A DNA stretch of 64,000 bases, taken from NCBI GenBank assembly GCA_964658305.1, contig OZ210885.1:4774001-4838000 (forward strand). The letters are read 5' to 3'. A program made the translations under genes and the position numbers. Within the stretch, counting starts at the first letter, position 1. The number at the start of each line of letters is the position of its first letter. This stretch comes from Leptogorgia sarmentosa (taxonomy: Eukaryota). A model generated the notes under the pieces. That model had not been told where the DNA came from. It saw only the letters and a list, made by a program, of their open reading frames with translations, and searched no databases. Below, piece by piece: positions 59,928-64,000 of the stretch.

Positions 59928-62900
59928 TAAAGGTGTGCGAATCCGATCCGAATCCAATCCGTCCGATCGGATTCGGATCGGATTCGGATAAAAAATTTAC
60001 AGATTTGGATCGGATCAGATTTAGTTGCTTTTCTGTCGGATCGGGTTTTGCTGAATTTTCCCCGGATCGGATCGGATTCGTTTTTGTAATTGCCACGTAC
60101 TGATCGAACATCAAAAGTCAAAACATTGAATTAGATTCTGTTTTTGGGTTTAGTTTTTGCAACACTGCATTTCCCCTTCTGGTTTTTCCGCTACGCTTTC
60201 CCCTTCCTTCTCTCACCCGCGGTTTTCATCTGCAGCGGTATACCTGTATGCATTATTGTCTAGCGCATTCATTATTCATTGTCTAATGTCTAGTGCATTT
60301 CTGTTGATAAAGCCTTTTTAGATCGCATTTTATTACGATATGGCTGAAACTGCTGAGACAGTACAACCAAAATTACCAAAATCATCTGCTAAACAATTTA
60401 GTAAAGATGCGGTCGAAAAACTACTTCGAGGAAAGTCAGAACGCGTTGTGATAACGACTGTCGAGGACAAAAAAAAGCAATCTGAATGTTGGAAATTCTT
60501 CGGCTTTCCAAAAGTTGATGGGGTGATTTATCAAAACATGGCAGCTTGTCATAAATGCTATGCCGTTTACAAGTATAGTTCAAGTTCATCGACAGGGAAC
60601 GCTCAGTTAAACAAACACGTCTGCGCTAGCAACAAGTTGAAACTAGCGAAAGGGCAAACATCACTTAATTTCTTGAGTGATTCGAAGGTTGACAGAAGTT
60701 CGCCACGTGTAAAGCTCAGCCAAAATGACCACCAGTCCTTGCAGATGCATGCCATAAATGCCGCAGCTCTGGACGCAAGCCCGCTTTCTAGGTACGAAAA
60801 GGAAGGCATGAAGATGATGTTAAGAACTGCAGCAAGGTTTGGGGCACGATACGGGGAAAACTTCGATCTTTCACAGCACATCGTTGACAGAACAAATCTT
60901 ACCCGCACCTTCTTGCCGAAGCGTCATGAAGAAGTTCGCGCCGACATTCTGAAGTCTTTGAATGGAGAAGCATTTTGCACCACCACCGATATGTGGAAGG
61001 AAAAATACACGGGAGTAAGCTACATGTCTGTCACCGTTCATCATATTGATGCTGATTGGAATAACCTTAGCAGCTTTATTTGGTCAACGACTAAATACAA
61101 TCTGGAGGACCATACAGCATCTAGTATTACCAAATGCTATCTTGAAAATGTTCCTGATGCCCCTTTTCGGCTTGTCACTACCGACAACACCAACACAATG
61201 CCGGCTGCATTTCGCCATCTCGCCAGCGTAGATCAAATTGGGTGCATTTCACACATAAGTTCGCTGGTTGCCAAAGCTTGTGTTACTTCAAATGATGCCG
61301 CCGAAGTTAAGCTAAACGTGGAAGCAGCTAAAAAATTAGTCGAACACGTTAAACGGGCAGAGCTCCAAAATAAGTTAACAACGACGCTGAAGCAGACCAT
61401 AGCAACCCGATTTTATACCTACCGCGAAATGATTGCATCCATTATCACAAACTGGGAAGAGCTTGAAACTGTTCTTGATGCCAGAGGTGAGCTTAATTAT
61501 ATAGAAGATATAAACAAAATCCTCCTTATACAGACTTCGTGAGTTTTAAAACCTCTTCACGACTGTGGCCGGAGCTTGAGAAAGATAAAGAGCCGACGTT
61601 GCACAGGGCACGCTTCTGGGAAGCAAAACTGAGAGCCATTTTTTCCGAAAACGAGCAAGACATGGCGGCCATTAAAAAGATGAAAGATGTTGGAAGAAAA
61701 GCCCTAATGTCCAAACTAAGTAGTTGACTCGGAGTATATCATGATGTGGCTTCTGCATTAGACCCAAGAGTGGGAGAACCAGTAGATGAAACAAAGCGGC
61801 AGATAATTTTCGGGAAGATCGAGTTTATTTACGAGCGTATCAGCGGTTATGCCCATGGAGACGAAGCTCGCGGCAATACTGAAGATTCACAATCGCCTGA
61901 TAGACAAGACACAGAAGAGGTAAATAAAGATGTACCATATTATATATTATTATGATGTTTTCATGATTTGATATTTATACTGTTTCTTATCCTTATTAAG
62001 GTCACAGAAGTAGAGCATTCCACTGCGAAAAAAAAGAACATTTGTGACGAGGTTGAAGAACCGGAATTTGGCTTTTACAAGCAAAAGCAACAAGTCTCCT
62101 CGATTGTCGATGAAATTCGAAGGTTTGCTAGAAACGACTTCGACCTCAAAATGTACGAGAATGGCCAGAAGCAGCTTGATATTCTGAAATTCTGGAGGGA
62201 TCATGCTAGAATTTACCCCAAATTAGCAGTGGTGGCCAGGTTTATTTTGGCTTGTCCAGCTAGCAGCGCGCCATCAGAGAGAAGCTTCTCGCAAGCGGGA
62301 TGGACAATTAATCTTAGACGTACGCGTCTAGCTCCGCGAAATCTAAACGCATTGCTGTGCATCAGAAGTTATATGGCAGGGAGCGCATGGAAGGCTTTGG
62401 AGTCTGCTGAGCCTGCTTTCTTGAATGAGAACGACGAGTGAACTGGCCAAAACTTTCCAGACCTGAACAATTTGAACTTTCTACTACTTGATACTTTAAT
62501 ATGAATTATTTTAATACTTAGATTTAAGGATTTGGTTTTGTATTATTCGGAATATTGTTGTGTTTCATTGCTAGATTAGTTTAGGTTTACGTTTCAATTT
62601 TCAAAGAACATTGTGAAGAAAGGTTTTCAGTGCATGATACTGTTCTCTTAGCAGAGTACGTTTTCTCTCTTACGTCAAATTTTAACTGAATTACATTATT
62701 TTGATTTTGGCGACACGCATTCATACGTTAGCAGTAATTACCACTTGCATAAGGACATAGAGGTTTGCAACTTTGCAATTCAAATGTAAGGTAATAGACG
62801 GGTAATAGACGGTTAATAGATGGATAATACACGAGCATTTCTTTCAGTTTCAACTCAAACTTCAAAGTATCAAGCCTACAATATATACGTTCGGAACTTC

Positions 62901-63070
62901 GGATCGGATTATGAATTTTCAGCACAAGTCGGATCGGATCCACTAACATACTTTTAGGATCGGATCGGATAGGATTACATTTTTCAACTTCGTATCGGAT
63001 CGGTTCGGAGTAAGTATTAAGACAAATCTTCGGATTCAAAAGGGTCAATCCGATCCGATGCACACCTTTA
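59928..63070 (+). mobile_element. hAT DNA transposon (3143 bp)
   Basis: 11-bp TIR TAAAGGTGTGC; perfect 8-bp TSD GTAGGGAG (59920-59927 and 63071-63078); subterminal tcgga/tccga arrays. Confidence 0.96.
60340..62441 (+). pseudogene. hAT transposase with BED finger and dimerisation domain, one intron (61920-62000), disabled
   Basis: CWKFF..CHKC..LNKH, TTDMW, TTDN, CISH, ALDPR and FW..YPKLA..PASSAPSERSFS. TGA stops at 61540 and 61725 and a frameshift near 61570. Confidence 0.88.
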
Positions 63071-63144
63071 GTAGGGAGCGAGCATTTATTAGGAGGAAGC
63101 TCGGCAAGCTTGGAATAGTTGAGCTTCTAGGTTGATTACATAGA

Positions 63145-64000
63145 TTATTGATTTGGCGACCGAAAAAACGTATGCTGGTTCATTTTTCCCGTTTCACTTC
63201 TTTGTGTCTGGCGTGAGCGGGGCGCACGTTGTATATTATGTTCATTTTTTGGTTTTGATTTCCTGCAACTGGCATTTAATTGTGGGCGGGGAACAGCTTG
63301 GGGATGTTGGCGGAAATTACTTTGTTTATCATGTTTTTCTTTCTTTCGGTTCCCGTGTTGTTTTTTAGTTGACATAGCTTGCTGGTTATGGCCAAATGCT
63401 GATGTTTCCTTGCTGTCTTTTGTTGGTGGGTATTTTTCTATGAGTATCGAGCGTCGACTATTTTGTTTCGTCCTATAGTCTTTCAATTGCTGATGAAACA
63501 AGAGAGTTGTTTTGGAGTCGAGTCGTTTATCATCGCGTTTTGATGGCTCGCAGGTTGTTTGGTTTTTAATATTAGGTATGGAGGTGTGCAATAAGCATTG
63601 TTTTGCGTGTTTCCTCTTATAATCTTTTAGTTGATGGTTGAATGATTTGGTTGAAGATGGTATTTGCATATCCTCAGATGAATGATTTTGTGAGCTGTGG
63701 GCGGTATTGTTTTTTGATTGCTTAGTTAAATTAATTGTTGGAATATTAATATTTGACCTATTTATTTCTTTTGTCTGTGGATCCTTGTTTTTGTTCATTG
63801 TTGAGACTTGAACTTTATTATCGGTCACAAGGGTCGCGATTCTATTCGTGGTAGATGAAGTTTGCCGAGAGTCTGACTTGCTTTTCTTAACTTTGTCGCT
63901 AAGGAACCGTAATTGTTGTTCTAGTCTTAGGTTTTTCGTCTTTTCTTCTTCGAGTTCTATACGCATTCTATACGCATTCGAGTAACTTCATTTACCAAAT
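63145..64000 (-). CDS. LINE ORF1-like protein (partial)
   Basis: Coiled-coil-like and basic ORF immediately upstream of, and overlapping, the LINE ORF2 start. Confidence 0.55.

Larger units (their letters stand above)
51418..64000 (-). mobile_element. L2/CR1-group LINE, interrupted by BEL/Pao and hAT insertions; 5' end lies beyond the window
   Basis: (AAT)n 3' tail at 51418-51453; RT domain; APE domain split at 53.8/59.6 kb and 59.9/63.1 kb; ORF1-like region at 63145-63966 and beyond. Confidence 0.92.

Noticed and set aside
59935..60080. tcggatcgga arrays (also at 62890-63060) and the 1.3 kb repeat considered as CRISPR-like arrays
   Set aside because: No constant repeat with unique spacers and no cas genes; these are hAT subterminal repeats and a tandem duplication in eukaryotic DNA.
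59513..60121. 202-aa ORF in the track taken as a gene
   Set aside because: It is a chimera of hAT end, LINE endonuclease and BEL LTR sequence.

Overview
AT-rich eukaryotic genomic DNA with GT-AG introns and many transposons. The GPCR type and transposon families suggest a marine invertebrate, probably an anthozoan (inference). No rRNA, tRNA or CRISPR arrays were seen. Host genes: two tandem single-exon rhodopsin-like GPCRs and four reconstructed multi-exon genes for secreted, Lys/Arg-rich proteins. Three of the four (minus strand, 13.5-38.5 kb) share a short, apparently unnamed helical motif. The fourth (plus strand, 41.2-46.7 kb) fuses a long low-complexity region to a C-type lectin domain and a GDSL/SGNH hydrolase. 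Mobile DNA: a structurally complete DIRS1-like retrotransposon (ITRs plus ICR, two frameshifts); a LINE whose endonuclease domain is split by an intact BEL/Pao LTR element and a hAT transposon, both with readable TSDs; nested MITEs; and Crypton-like, pogo, Gypsy and LINE remnants. Also present: a chimeric 1.3 kb tandem repeat that truncates a secreted nuclease pseudogene, and orphan fragments of Ulp1-protease, YWTD and ABCB1-type genes. All exon structures were inferred by hand from splice signals and frame continuity.
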